DNA from: Octopus vulgaris | Taxonomy: Eukaryota | Direction of reading: 5' to 3' | Length of the DNA stretch: 64,000 nucleotides | Assembly: GCA_951406725.2 (NCBI GenBank) | Contig: OX597843.1 | Span: forward strand, 1,240,001-1,304,000 | Part shown: piece by piece, positions 37,913-49,224 of the stretch | Layout of the letters: the number at the start of each line of letters is the position of its first letter | Position numbering within the stretch: position 1 is the first letter of the stretch | Made by a program: the position numbers and the translations under genes | The notes under the pieces: model-generated | What the model was told of the DNA's origin: nothing | Seen by the model: only the letters and a program-made list of their open reading frames with translations | Database searches by the model: none

Positions 37913-38348
37913 GTACTGGCTTCCAGATCCCACAATATGTGGCCAATGCCCTCAACATGAACTCATCCGGAGACACTGCTACACCACCACCAACTCCAGC
38001 TCCTAATCTATCTACCCAGTCACCAACGCCCATGCTACAAGCAAGCGCTGCTGCAGCGGCTGCTGCTGCTCTTGTCAATCTGACCAGTTCGGCACCGGTT
38101 GGTGTTACTGCTGGTGGTGCCGGCGGAAGTATTGCTGGTGGTGGAGGCGGTGGCGGCGGCAGTGGAGGCCTTGGTGGTGTCGGCGGTGTCGGTGCTGTTG
38201 GCACCGTTGGCAGTGTTGGTAGCGTTGGTGGTGGTGGCAGCAGTGGTACAGGCGGCAGTACTACCACAGGTCAGCCCACACAGGCTGCTAATGGACCACC
38301 AATCCCCACACAGTGTTTCATGTTGGCTAACATGTTTGACCCTTCTTC
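37913..38348 (+). CDS. RBM39: RBM39 exon, Ala/Gly-rich linker to start of UHM
   Basis: Encodes GTGFQIPQYVANALN...AAAAAAAA...GGGGGGG...PPIPTQCFMLANMFDPS; donor TC|GTGAGT. Confidence 0.93.
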
Positions 38349-38617
38349 GTGAGTACACATTTTTAACCTTTTTTGTTGTTTTATTTGCTAATTCATTCCT
38401 GATCTTGCTGACCCGTTAATCAGGTGACATACCAGATGGTGACCATCACCGACCTTATCATTGTTTTCTCATCTGCCCTTTCTATGCTGAATGGACATTA
38501 CATTAGGGTATGCCTGTCACAAACCCTAGATTTCATAAAGTCAAGCTTAGCCCACATAAGTGAAATTACAACATTGACCCTCTTAACAAGATGCCAGACT
38601 TTTGTCCCCAAAGTCCA

Positions 38618-38977
38618 TCCCCTCCTCACCGTGGTGGGGATGCTGGCAATGGTAGTGTCAGAGCTATGCCGTCGGGAACTTCAGTTCCTGGTAGGGCCAC
38701 CTAAGGCGGATTGGTCTGACACCAAGTGGTATTAGGGCCACAACCCGGCAGATGGGGCTCTGGTGAAAATCCTTGGAGTGTCTGCTTCGGCAACCGGTGG
38801 CTCCTTGGTTGTTCTGTCCCTGCGTCTGCGGACAATCTGTGGCAAACAGGATGTCTCCACATGCGGGATTGTTGGGGACCGCTTGTGAAATTCACATATT
38901 CCCACGAAACTTCTTCCATGAGTAGAAGAAGCCGACTCAACCCGCCCAGGGTGAATGTTGCCACAAGTACAAGTAAA
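38618..38977 (+). mobile_element. Bipartite non-autonomous RTE derivative (5'UTR-like segment fused to RTE 3' tail)
   Basis: 5' part GAGCTATGCCG...GTAGGGCCACCTAAGGCGGA..GGTC resembles RTE/BovB 5'UTRs; the 3' end GAAGCCGACTCAACCCGCCCAGGGTGAATG..CAAGTACAAGTA matches the RTE fragment at 42935-42990. Confidence 0.65.
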
Positions 38978-39359
38978 GACTATTGTGGCAGACGCCCGTA
39001 GGTGAGAAGTGGACTGACACGGTCAGTAGAGTCGGTCAGCAAAGGTACACCGTTCGGACCAGTCTGTAAGATGATGAAATACGCCGTCATCATGGGACAC
39101 ATCACAGACCATTGCAGGGTTAGCTTCACAGCTATTGCTGGTACTCCTTTACAGCTGAGTGGACTGGAGCAATGTGAAGTGAAGTATTTTACTCGAAAAC
39201 ACAATGTAGTGCCTTGTCCAGGAATTGAAACTATGATTTTTATGACCATGAGTGCAACAACTTAACCATGAAGCTATATATCATCACATTGTCGACATAG
39301 TATTTCCTCTCCTCAACCAGTTTCTCTGATCTTTTGCAATAACTGGGCATATTTTATTT

Positions 39360-39784
39360 TTAACCCTTTAGTGTTCAGATTATTTAATCAAACATAATGC
39401 TTATAGATTCCCATTGATTTGGATTAATCATGCATTATCTCATATCTTCAAGATCTTGATGGTGTAATTACTTAATGTAGAATAACATTGTAGGGTAGGT
39501 GTGAGAGCCTGGATCTGGTCAGTTTGAGCATAAAACAGGAAGACAATTTTGGCCTGATATGGCCGGTTTAAATACTAAAGGGTTAAACCGGCTGTATCCG
39601 GCCCAAATATTCTGCTCATTTTATGCTCAAACTGGCCAGAACTAGTATCTCACACTTACCCTGCAATGTCATTCTAAAAATAAACAATTACATCTTTCAA
39701 ATCTTGAAGCTACCAGATTAATTTTTTAAAATGTAAATGAATAAGGATTACTTTTGACCTTAATTTGAATGCTAAAGGGTTAAG
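39360..39784. mobile_element. Two piggyBac-like MITEs in opposite orientation
   Basis: TTAACCCTTTAG...CTAAAGGGTTAA followed immediately by an inverted copy ending CTAAAGGGTTAA. Confidence 0.75.
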
Positions 39785-40579
39785 CACACCAACAATGGCC
39801 AAGCACTGTAAAAGGTTGCGAGTGTTCTACTCATGACTATCTTGTCTGTTTAGTGGCTGTGTTATCCAGCGTATCATTCTTTTGTTCAAGACAGGAACCC
39901 ATTCAATTTTTAGCAAGATTTAAGGAATCCATTCAATTTTTAGCAAGATTTAGCTGCTAGTTCTAGCGAGTCAAAGGCATGTAGTCTTGCTTTTTGTGTT
40001 ATTGTTGATTGTCATAGTAGTGGTGTTGGTGGTGGTGGTGGCTGTTATTTCTTGCTAGTTGAGATACCATATACTGACTCCCTTGTCTTCGTGTTTGTAT
40101 ATTCTCTCCTCCTCTTCTATCTCTCTCTTTCCATCTCCCCTCCTTTTTATTCTCATCTTTATTCCCCCTCTCTCTCTCTTCATCTACCCCCTCTCTCTCG
40201 CTGCCCTCCCCTCTTTCTCTCTTTCTCTTTATCTCTCCCCATACTCTCTTTCCCTCTCCTTTTCTCAGTTTTTTATCTCACTTTCTCTCTTCATCTTCCC
40301 CTCTTTCTCTACCTTTCTGCCTCTCCCTTTCCCTCTCTCTCTCTTCATCTACCCCCCTCTCTCTCTCGCTGTCCTCCCCTCTTTCTCTTTATCTCTCCCC
40401 ATACTCATTTTCCCTCTCCTTTTCTCTGTTTTTATCTCACTTTCTCTGTCTTCATCTTCCCCTCTTTCTCTACCTTTCTGCCTCTCCCTTTCCCTTTATC
40501 TCTCCCTCTCTCTCTCTCTCTCTCTATGCCTCTGTCTCCCTGCTCTCTCTAACAATGACGTCTCTTCTTCCTTTTGTAG

Positions 40580-40764
40580 GGAATCCAAGGTGAACTGGGA
40601 TCAAGAGATCCGAGATGATGTCATTGAGGAGTGCAACAAACACGGTGGTGTAGTGCACATCTATGTGGACAAAGCTTCTGTACTGGGCAATGTCTATGTA
40701 AAGTGTCCCAATATTGCAGCAGCAGTCGCATCTGTCAATGCGCTGCATGGCAGATATTTTGCAG
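40580..40764 (+). CDS. RBM39: RBM39 exon, UHM/RRM3
   Basis: Encodes ESKVNWDQEIRDDVIEECNKHGGVVHIYVDKASVLGNVYVKCPNIAAAVASVNALHGRYFA (RxF UHM motif). Confidence 0.97.
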
Positions 40765-40854
40765 GTAAGCACTTTTGCTGTTGTTTAGGCCTTAGGCCAT
40801 TTGTGTGGTGGAAGCTGGTCCAGCTGTGAAAATATTAGATTTTATTCAGACACA

Positions 40855-41187
40855 GGCGCAGGAGTGGCTGTGTGGTAAGTAGCTTGCTTACCAACCACAT
40901 GGTTCCGGGTTCAGTCCCACTGCGTGGCACCTTGGGCAAGTGTCTTCTACTATAGCCTTGGGCCGACCAATGCCTTGTGAGTGGATTTGGTAGACGGAAA
41001 CTGAAAGAAGCCTGTCGTGTATATGTATATATATATGTGTGTGTCTGTGTTTGTCCCCCTAGCATTGCTTGACAACCGATGCTGGTGTGTTTACGTCTCC
41101 GTCACTTAGCGGTTCAGCAAAAGAGACCGATAGGATAAGTACTGGGCTTACAAAGTACTGGGCTTACCACACAGCCACTCCTGCGCC
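40855..41187 (+). mobile_element. SINE family A, 3'-truncated and capped by an inverted copy of its own head
   Basis: GGCGCAGGAGTGGCTGTGTGGTAAG at 40855 and its reverse complement at 41163-41187. Confidence 0.8.
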
Positions 41188-41323
41188 ATATGTTCGTCAA
41201 TTGCAAATAATGTACATAATTCCTCATCTCTTAAATATGGAATAGGATTATTATTGTTTTTATTTACTTATTTATTATTTATTCCTCAATAATAATATTA
41301 TTATTCTTATTATTATTTTTCAG

Positions 41324-41484
41324 GCAAGCTGATAACTGCTGCGTACGTGCCACTGCCCAACTATCACGCTTTGTTTCCAGAGGCAGTCCGCGCAAACCAA
41401 CTCCTATTGCCCTCCACTCAGGCTCTCCAGTACAGTTATGGGACGGCACTCTACCCTGGAATGCCTCCCAATATTTCACGGTGA
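41324..41484 (+). CDS. RBM39: RBM39 last coding exon
   Basis: Encodes GKLITAAYVPLPNYHALFPEAVRANQLLLPSTQALQYSYGTALYPGMPPNISR then TGA; the nine exons total 1810 nt with all phases consistent. Confidence 0.95.
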
Positions 41485-42023
41485 TCCACGCTCAACACCA
41501 CCACCACCACCACCACTTCCATCTCCACCTCTTCCTTCTCCTCCGACCGCCACCACCATAACTTATCTCCTCCTCCTTCGCCTTCACTTTCTCTTTTACT
41601 GTAATACTTTTCAATTTTTAACTCATCAACATCTCTTTTCCTCCTTGTACCTCCTCTATTTTCTTTTCATCTCCTGTAATCACCTTTCTGTCTGTCTGTC
41701 TGTCTCTCATCCCTGGGGACGGTCTCTTTCCTTTCTCCTCTTCCTCTCAATTCCTCACCAGCCTCTCATTCTCTCTCTCTCTCTCTCCCTCTCTAATTTT
41801 ATGTGAGATAAGTTGTTTGTTGGGGTGGAGGGGAGGAAGAAGAGGTGGGCCATTCATCACTCATAAATTTTCACTTCATCGAATGCCACTTATTTTGCTC
41901 CTCTCCTGTTCCTTTCCCCCTCTCCTGTCATGATCACCCACCCTTACTGCAGCCTGCCCCACTCCACCTCCAACATCATCCTTCAGTTCCTCCTCTTCCT
42001 ACTGCTACTCCCCCACTTCTCAA

Positions 42024-42029
42024 AATAAA
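42024..42029 (+). promoter_or_regulatory. Candidate RBM39 polyadenylation signal
   Basis: First AATAAA noticed downstream of the stop, followed by T/GT-rich sequence; it lies inside an A-run, so support is weak. Confidence 0.3.
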
Positions 42030-42351
42030 AAAAAAACAAACAAAAACTGTAAAGATATGTTTAGTAAAACCTTTTTTTTTTTTCTATGTGCTTCTCTTTA
42101 ATGATTCATTAACTAATAATTAAAACAACTTTGGAGACATCTTTTTGTTTGTTGTTTCTTTTCTTTTGTTAATTGTTGTTTTAACACCCCCACCCCCCTC
42201 TGGTCAGCTGATACTTGGGTACTCTTATTGTGTGTACACAGGTAAGTGGATTTATGACATCCAGGTAGGTAGCTAGGGATGACTTGTTTTACTGTAGGTT
42301 TTCTTTCCCATGTTAGTATGGGATAGAGGTAAATGTTGGTGGAATTCTGGT

Positions 42352-42797
42352 TTAACCCTTTTGATACCAACCCAGCTGAAACTGGCTCTGGCTCTGAGTA
42401 CAAATGGTCTTGTTTTCATAAGTTTGGGATTAAAATCTTCCACCAAACAATTTATGTTCCTAACACTAGTTTAATGATAACTAAGTTATTTTACTAAATT
42501 CTTTGTTATATTGAAAGTAATTGAAAGAAACACAGAGCATCTCAACAGAAATATGGTAACAAAAGGGTTCAAGTCACCATGATATTTTTAACCCTTTTGA
42601 TTCCAACCTGGCTCTGTAGTACAAATATCTTGTTTCCATAAGTTTTGAATTAAAATCTTCCACCAAACCTTAGTCACAATTTATGTCCCTAACACTAGCT
42701 GAATGATAACTAAGTTATTTTACTAAATTCTTTGCTATATTTAAAGTAATTGAAAGAAACAGAGCATCTCAAAATAAATGCAGTAACTAAAGGGTTA
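42352..42797. mobile_element. Two tandem piggyBac-like MITEs (second subfamily)
   Basis: TTAACCCTTTTGAT...AAAGGGTT(C/A)A occurs twice; related to the element at 28313-28903. Confidence 0.7.
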
Positions 42798-42931
42798 AGC
42801 ACCTCAAAATTGTTTTTTTTTTAAATTGTTTGGAATTTAAAAAAACATTTTGTGAATTTGTGTTCTACAAATGGGAATTCATATGGTTATGAAAAAAATT
42901 TATTTTCATCCCGTCTCCTCAAATTGTAAAA

Positions 42932-43385
42932 TTTACTTGTACTTGTTGCGACATTCACCCTGGGCGGGTTGAGTCGGCTTCTTCTACCACCCTTGAGGCA
43001 TCTCAAACCATGGCAGCCCATGCACGACGGTCCTGTGCCAGTTCACTGGAGATAGCGAGCCAGTCATGGTTCTATCGGCGCAGGCCGACCACCTGCGGTC
43101 CCGTGAGCACAGAGAGGTCCACCTTGATCGTTGTAGCCCAGGTCTTCAGCTGCCCACCCGTGCGTTTCCGCCAGTTGGGAAGTGGAGTTGGGAGAAGGAC
43201 ATCACGGCTCAGTTCACCCACCGGATGCCTACATGCATGGCCAAACCACCGCAAGCGCCGTTGCAGAAGGACTGATAGAAGGGGCCACAGAGATTGGCGG
43301 TGGGAACTCGATCCACCCGACGGCAGCGAAGAATACACTGGAGGCAGTCATTGTTAAAGACTTCCAGCCTTCGTTGATCGACCAC
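42932..43385 (-). mobile_element. RTE-clade LINE 3' fragment
   Basis: Frame reads QRRLRWFGHACR...WRKRTGGQLKTWATTIKVDL; tail CAAGTACAAGTA. Confidence 0.8.
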
Positions 43386-43900
43386 TAAATTATAAAATTT
43401 CCTTTCTTTTGAATTTTTTCAATCATTTTAAAACATGGACATTTGAATTTTTTACTTAAATCCCAACAATGAACCATCCTTGGGTGCATCGTCATTCCAG
43501 TAAATGTGCTTATGGGGAGAAAATATTGATAAACATTAATACATGTCAGCATGAAAAAAAAAACGAGGAAGGTGTTGGGTGGTCGTGGGATGTGCTATAG
43601 ACCAGTTAAATCGCCCTTAAATCTAGCAAAGCAATTTTTCTTGTTTTTCATAGTTGTATGAATTCCCGTGTATTGAACACAAACGTGCAAAAATTTTCTG
43701 AAAATTTTAAAAAAGTAAAGACATTATGATGGATGATATGGGGTGTTTAAACCAGAATTCCACTGAGGTATTTTTTCGCTGTTACGAAACCATGTGTCTT
43801 CGAAATAAAGGTCACCTTATTTAACCTATCCTGAAAGCAAGAAAACAATAAGTGGACAGTCAAAGTAGCTGAAACATCTTTTCAGCATTATTAATAACTA

Positions 43901-44287
43901 GGCGCAGGAGTGGCAGTGTGGTAAGTAGCTTGCTTACCAACCACATGGTTTCGGGTTCATTCCCACTGCGTGACACCTTGGGCAAGTGTCTTCTACTATA
44001 GCCTCGGGCCGACCAATGCCTTGTTAGTGGATTTGGTAGACGGAAACTGAAAGAAGCCTGTCGTATATATATATGTATGTGTGTTTGTGTTTCTTCCCCT
44101 AGCATTGCTTGACAACCGATGCTGGTGTGTTTGCGTCCCCGTTACTTAACGGTTCGGCAAAAGAGACCGATAGAATAAGTACTGGGCTTACAAACGAATA
44201 AGTCCCAGGGTCGAGTTGCTCGATTAAAGGCGGTGCTCCAGCATGGCCGCAGTCAAATGACTGAAACAAGTAAAAGAGTAAAGAGAG
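43901..44287 (+). mobile_element. SINE family A
   Basis: Full-length copy. Confidence 0.9.
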
Positions 44288-44515
44288 ATATCCATGTTGT
44301 CAAAAATGCTGGCAGTTTTATTAATGCTAGAAAATGGTGCATCAATACAATGGGAGAAAGTGTTGATAAAAGTCAGCAATCCAGTAAATATTTGTACATA
44401 CATACCGGAAGAATCAGAAATGTTGTTCTGTCTCATTTGAAAATATTGCCTCTGTGTGTGTGTGTGTTTGTGCTTGCACGCACAAGCACATACACGTGTA
44501 TGTTTAAGGAATTAG

Positions 44516-44881
44516 GAAGCACTCCGTCGGTTACGACGACGAGGGTTCCGGTTGATCCGATCAACGGAACAGCCTGCTCGTGAAATTAACGTGTAAGTGG
44601 CTGAGCACTCTACAGACACGTGCACCCTTAACGTAGTTCTCGGGGATATTCAGCGTGACACAGAGAGTGACAAGGCCGGCCCTTTGCAATACAGGTACAA
44701 CAGAAACAGCAAGTAAGAGTGAGAGAAAGTTGTGGTGAAAGAGTACAGCAGGGATCACCACCATCCCCTGCCGGAGCCTCGTGCAGCTTTTAGGTGTTTT
44801 CGCTCAATAAACATCACAACGCCCGGTCTGGGAATCGAAACCGCGAGTCCGCTGCCCTAACCACTCGGCCATTGCGACTCC
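44516..44881 (-). mobile_element. SINE family D
   Basis: Near-identical to the other D copies; imperfect TSD ACAYGTRTATGTTTAA. Confidence 0.9.
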
Positions 44882-44929
44882 ACATGTATATGTTTAACTG
44901 ATAAATAAATACAATTTACTAAAAAAATT

Positions 44930-45087
44930 CAGGAGTGGCTGTGTGGTAAGTAGCTTGCTATCCAGCGACGTGGTTCCGGGTTCAGTCCCACAGCGTGGCA
45001 CCTTGGGCAAGTGTCTTCTGCTATAGCCCTGGGCCGACCAATGCCTTGTGAGTGGATTTGGTAGACGGAAACTGAAAGAAGCCAGTC

Positions 45088-45126
<39 letters not shown>

Positions 45127-45496
45127 ATCCAAACAAGAAAACACAACAACGCGAGGACGTGGAACAAATATAGTATTATTGGACGCTCAAGAAATGAGGG
45201 TTTAATGTTTCGAGCGGAGCTCTTCGTCGGAAACATAGAAGGAAAGATCCAGAGAAGGGAAGACAGAGGAAAAAAAATCGCCAACGGTACACACGAGGTG
45301 TGTGTGTATGTTTGTGTGTCTGTGTTAGTCCCCCCAACATCGCTTGACAACCGATGCTGGTGTGTTTACGTCCCCGTAACTTAGCGGTTCGGCAAAAGAG
45401 ACCGATAGAATAAGTACTAGGGTGTCGATTTGCTCGACTATAAAGGCGGTGCTCCAGCATGGCCGCAGTCAAATGACTGAAAGAAGTAAAAGAGTA
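44930..45496 (+). mobile_element. SINE family A with a ~180-bp insert (45121-45300) in its (TA)n centre
   Basis: Head and tail of family A flank an unrelated segment that carries a hammerhead-like motif. Confidence 0.8.
45200..45234 (-). ncRNA. Minimal hammerhead-like motif (U4C variant)
   Basis: Minus strand reads GTTT CCGACGA A GAGC-TCC-GCTC GAAA CA TT AAAC. Confidence 0.4.
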
Positions 45497-46968
45497 ATAT
45501 AATTAAATAATGGTTATTTCAACTTAAGTTGCTTTTCGAACCAACCAACGTCCTAGGGTGAGGTACGATTGTGTGTATGTGTGGTGTCTCCCCTACTACC
45601 GCTTGACAACCGTGGATCGGCGAAAGATACCGATAAAATAAGTACGAGGCTAAGCAACAAAAAAAGAAGTACTGGGGGTCGATTCGGTTGACTAAAATTT
45701 CTTCTAAGACAATGCCCCAACATAGCCACAGTGCAATTAGTGAAATAAGTAAAAGATATTACGAATTAAGATTTGGAAGTTAAGGGAGGTAGCTCGAAGT
45801 ACTTTACCGTATAAAAGCGAGGAAGAAATGCGATGTGATAGTGATATATAATGAAAAGGCAAGGGGAGTAAGTAAGAAAGAGAAGATAGAGTGAGAGTAT
45901 ATATATATATATATACTTACTTGGAGAAAAGAAACGACGCGAGGGCGCTCAGTCATACAATAATTTAATAAATAAAATATATGCATACATATATGTACGT
46001 ACCTATATCTACATGTATATATACATAGCGGTTCGGCAAAAGAGACCGATAGAATAAGTCCCGGGGTCGATTTGCTGGACTAAAGGCGGTGCTCCAGCAT
46101 GGCCGCAGTCAAATGACTGAAACAAGTAAAAGATAAAAGATACATGCATATATATATATATATGAGTACAGGACATCACAAATAAACGTAGAACTCAACG
46201 AGAAACGAAGACATAAAAACAAATTAGGAAACGGACTTTTTAACAACGAAAAAACAGAGTACAAGACAAACAATACAAGGAATATATATGTATATGTAAA
46301 AAAATACAAACTGGGACAAGAACGCAAAACATTCAGAAGACGATACAAAAAACACGGACGGGACATTCGAAGCCTTCAATCTTCAGTCAAGAACCGGATC
46401 ATCCTCGCAATTTCGGCTGATTAATCTTGACTGATTGCTCCGACCTGGTCAGCCCCAAAGGAAAATCTAAGCCAAGCGCATTAGATTCCTTGGAAGAAAT
46501 ATATACATATATATAAGTGTGCACACGCGCGCGAATTTGCTTCTTTTTTGTTACCAATGCACTTAAATCCTGTGAACCAATCATTTTCAAACTTGGCATG
46601 GAAGGTCCTCGGATTCAGTTATAAGTTCTCCCCAAATTTGGACCATTATTATTTAAGGGACAGAAAATAATCCTGATTTAACGAAAACTTGTCGGACGTC
46701 AGCGACAGGTAGCAAAACACAAGTTGGAATTTTATTCGTTTTGACGGATTTTTCAGGGTCCTTTTTGTTCACGGTGCCCTTGGAAATAATGTGGAGAATC
46801 TTTTTAACACGAAAAAAAATTAAATGTCTCTCCCCCTCCACTCCCAATCTTTCCCCCTCCGAGCCTATTTTAGTCGATTTTGTGGGCACTATGCACAATG
46901 ATTTTTGGAAGCATTACGCATTTGAAAACTATAGGAAAAGCCTTTTCGGTAATATATATATATATATA

Positions 46969-47001
<33 letters not shown>

Positions 47002-47164
47002 CAGTTGTATAATGTCAACTTAACGTGACAGTCCCATAGAGAGAATCACACCACCGCTATTTAGCCCTAGGAAGCAACAACGCTTACTGTTGCCTTGACA
47101 CATTTCCTGTGTCCTTATGTCCTTACAAAGGGGAGACAAGCACCCCCACCCAGCTAAGCCTGCA

Positions 47165-47207
47165 TCCAGAAACATGTTTCGGAGTCTTTTCTCGTCATCA
47201 GTCTGGA
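47165..47207 (-). ncRNA. Minimal type I hammerhead-like motif
   Basis: Minus strand reads TCCAGA CTGATGA CGAG-AAAAGA-CTCC GAAA CATG TT TCTGGA, with a palindromic CATG loop. Confidence 0.55.
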
Positions 47208-47236
47208 ATAGCATGGCCTGCTAGCTGAAGATACCT

Positions 47237-47432
47237 ATTTCTTTACTACCCACAAGGGGCTAAACACAGAGAAGACAAACAAGGACAGACACACGGATTA
47301 AGTCGATTATATCGACTCCAGTGTGTAACTGGTACTTAATTTAATCTGAGTTTGAACTCAGAACGTAACGGCAGACGAAATACGGCTACGCATTTCGCCT
47401 GGCGTGCTAACGTTTCTGCCAGCTCGCCGCCT
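47237..47432 (-). mobile_element. SINE family C, internally deleted
   Basis: 15-bp TSD TAGCTGAAGATACCT. Confidence 0.85.
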
Positions 47433-47478
47433 TGTAGCTGAAGATACCTGTCTAGACTTTGTAAACATATATGGAATG

Positions 47479-47859
47479 GAAGCACTCCGTCGGTTACGAC
47501 GACGAGGGTTCGGGTTGATCCGAATCAACGGAACAGCCTGCTCGTGAAATTAACGTGTAAGTGGCTGAGCACTCCACAGACACGTGCACCCTTAACGTAG
47601 TTCTCGGGGATATTCAGCGTGACACAGAGAGTGACAAGACCGGCCCTTTGCAATACAGGTACAACAGAAACAGGAAGTAAGAGTGAGAGAAAGTTGTGGT
47701 GAAAGAGTACAGCAGGGATCACCACCATCCCCTGCCGGAGCCTCGTGGAGCTTTAGGTGTTTTCGCTCAATAAACACTCACAACGCCCGGTCTGTGAGTC
47801 GAAACCGCGATCCTATGACCGCGAGTCCGCTGCCCTAACCACTGGGCCATTGCGCCTCC
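47479..47859 (-). mobile_element. SINE family D
   Basis: Full-length copy. Confidence 0.9.
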
Positions 47860-47861
47860 AA

Positions 47862-48277
<416 letters not shown>

Positions 48278-48775
48278 AGTGAAGTTTATTCACTGATCAC
48301 CAAAATTAGAAATATTTAATTTCTAAATATCCTAGAGAGATATAAGCGGTGGTGGAACGATAGACCAGTTGTATATTGTCAACTTAACAACAGATGGACA
48401 TACACACTCGCGTTGGCCCAAGCGCATTTTCTCGAAATGACTACGGCGAAGCTTCGATTGGGAGGCACAATACACAGCATTAAAAATGTTTCCCTAAGTA
48501 ACACTTTTCAGATATCCTGCCGTGTCGTGACATCGAACAGTTCCCGATCGGATCAGACCGGAAAGAGAACGCACAAACCTCCTGTACCATCTGAGATTCC
48601 CACCTATTTGCCTGAACTTGGTGGACATACTGAATTTATGCCGTCTCTCCCGGCCGGATCGGCGGAAGATCGAATTTGGTAACGATTTCCTCATTCGTCT
48701 CGGCGAGGTTTATGACCCTCGCTATCGCTCGTACGAGTGCATAATAACATAACAGAAAAAAAACCCCTTAAAAGT

Positions 48776-49078
48776 TGTAAGCCCAGTACTTATTCTATCG
48801 GTCTCTTTTGCCGAACCGCAAAGTGACGGGGACATAAACACACCAGCATCGGTTGTCAAGCAATGCTAGGGGAACAAACACAGACACACACATATATACA
48901 TATATATACATATATACGACTGGCTTCTTTCAGTTTCGTCTACCAAATCCACTCACAAGGCTTTGGTCGGCCCGAGCCAATAGTAGAAGACACTTGCCCA
49001 AGATGCCACGCAGTGGGACTGAGCCTGGAGCCATGTGGTTGGTGATCAAGCTACTTACCACACAGCCACTCCGGCGCC
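48776..49078 (-). mobile_element. SINE family A, 3'-truncated
   Basis: Head and body without the tail. Confidence 0.8.
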
Positions 49079-49224
49079 TACTGTAAATTTCGGGCCTTGT
49101 GCCTAGAGTAGAAAATAATGTGTGTGTGATTGCGTGTGCGCATGTATCTGTACTGCATGGCTGTGTCAGTGTGTCCGTCCCGTTGATTTGATCAAAGCCT
49201 GCCTTTCTATGCTATGAGGATGAC

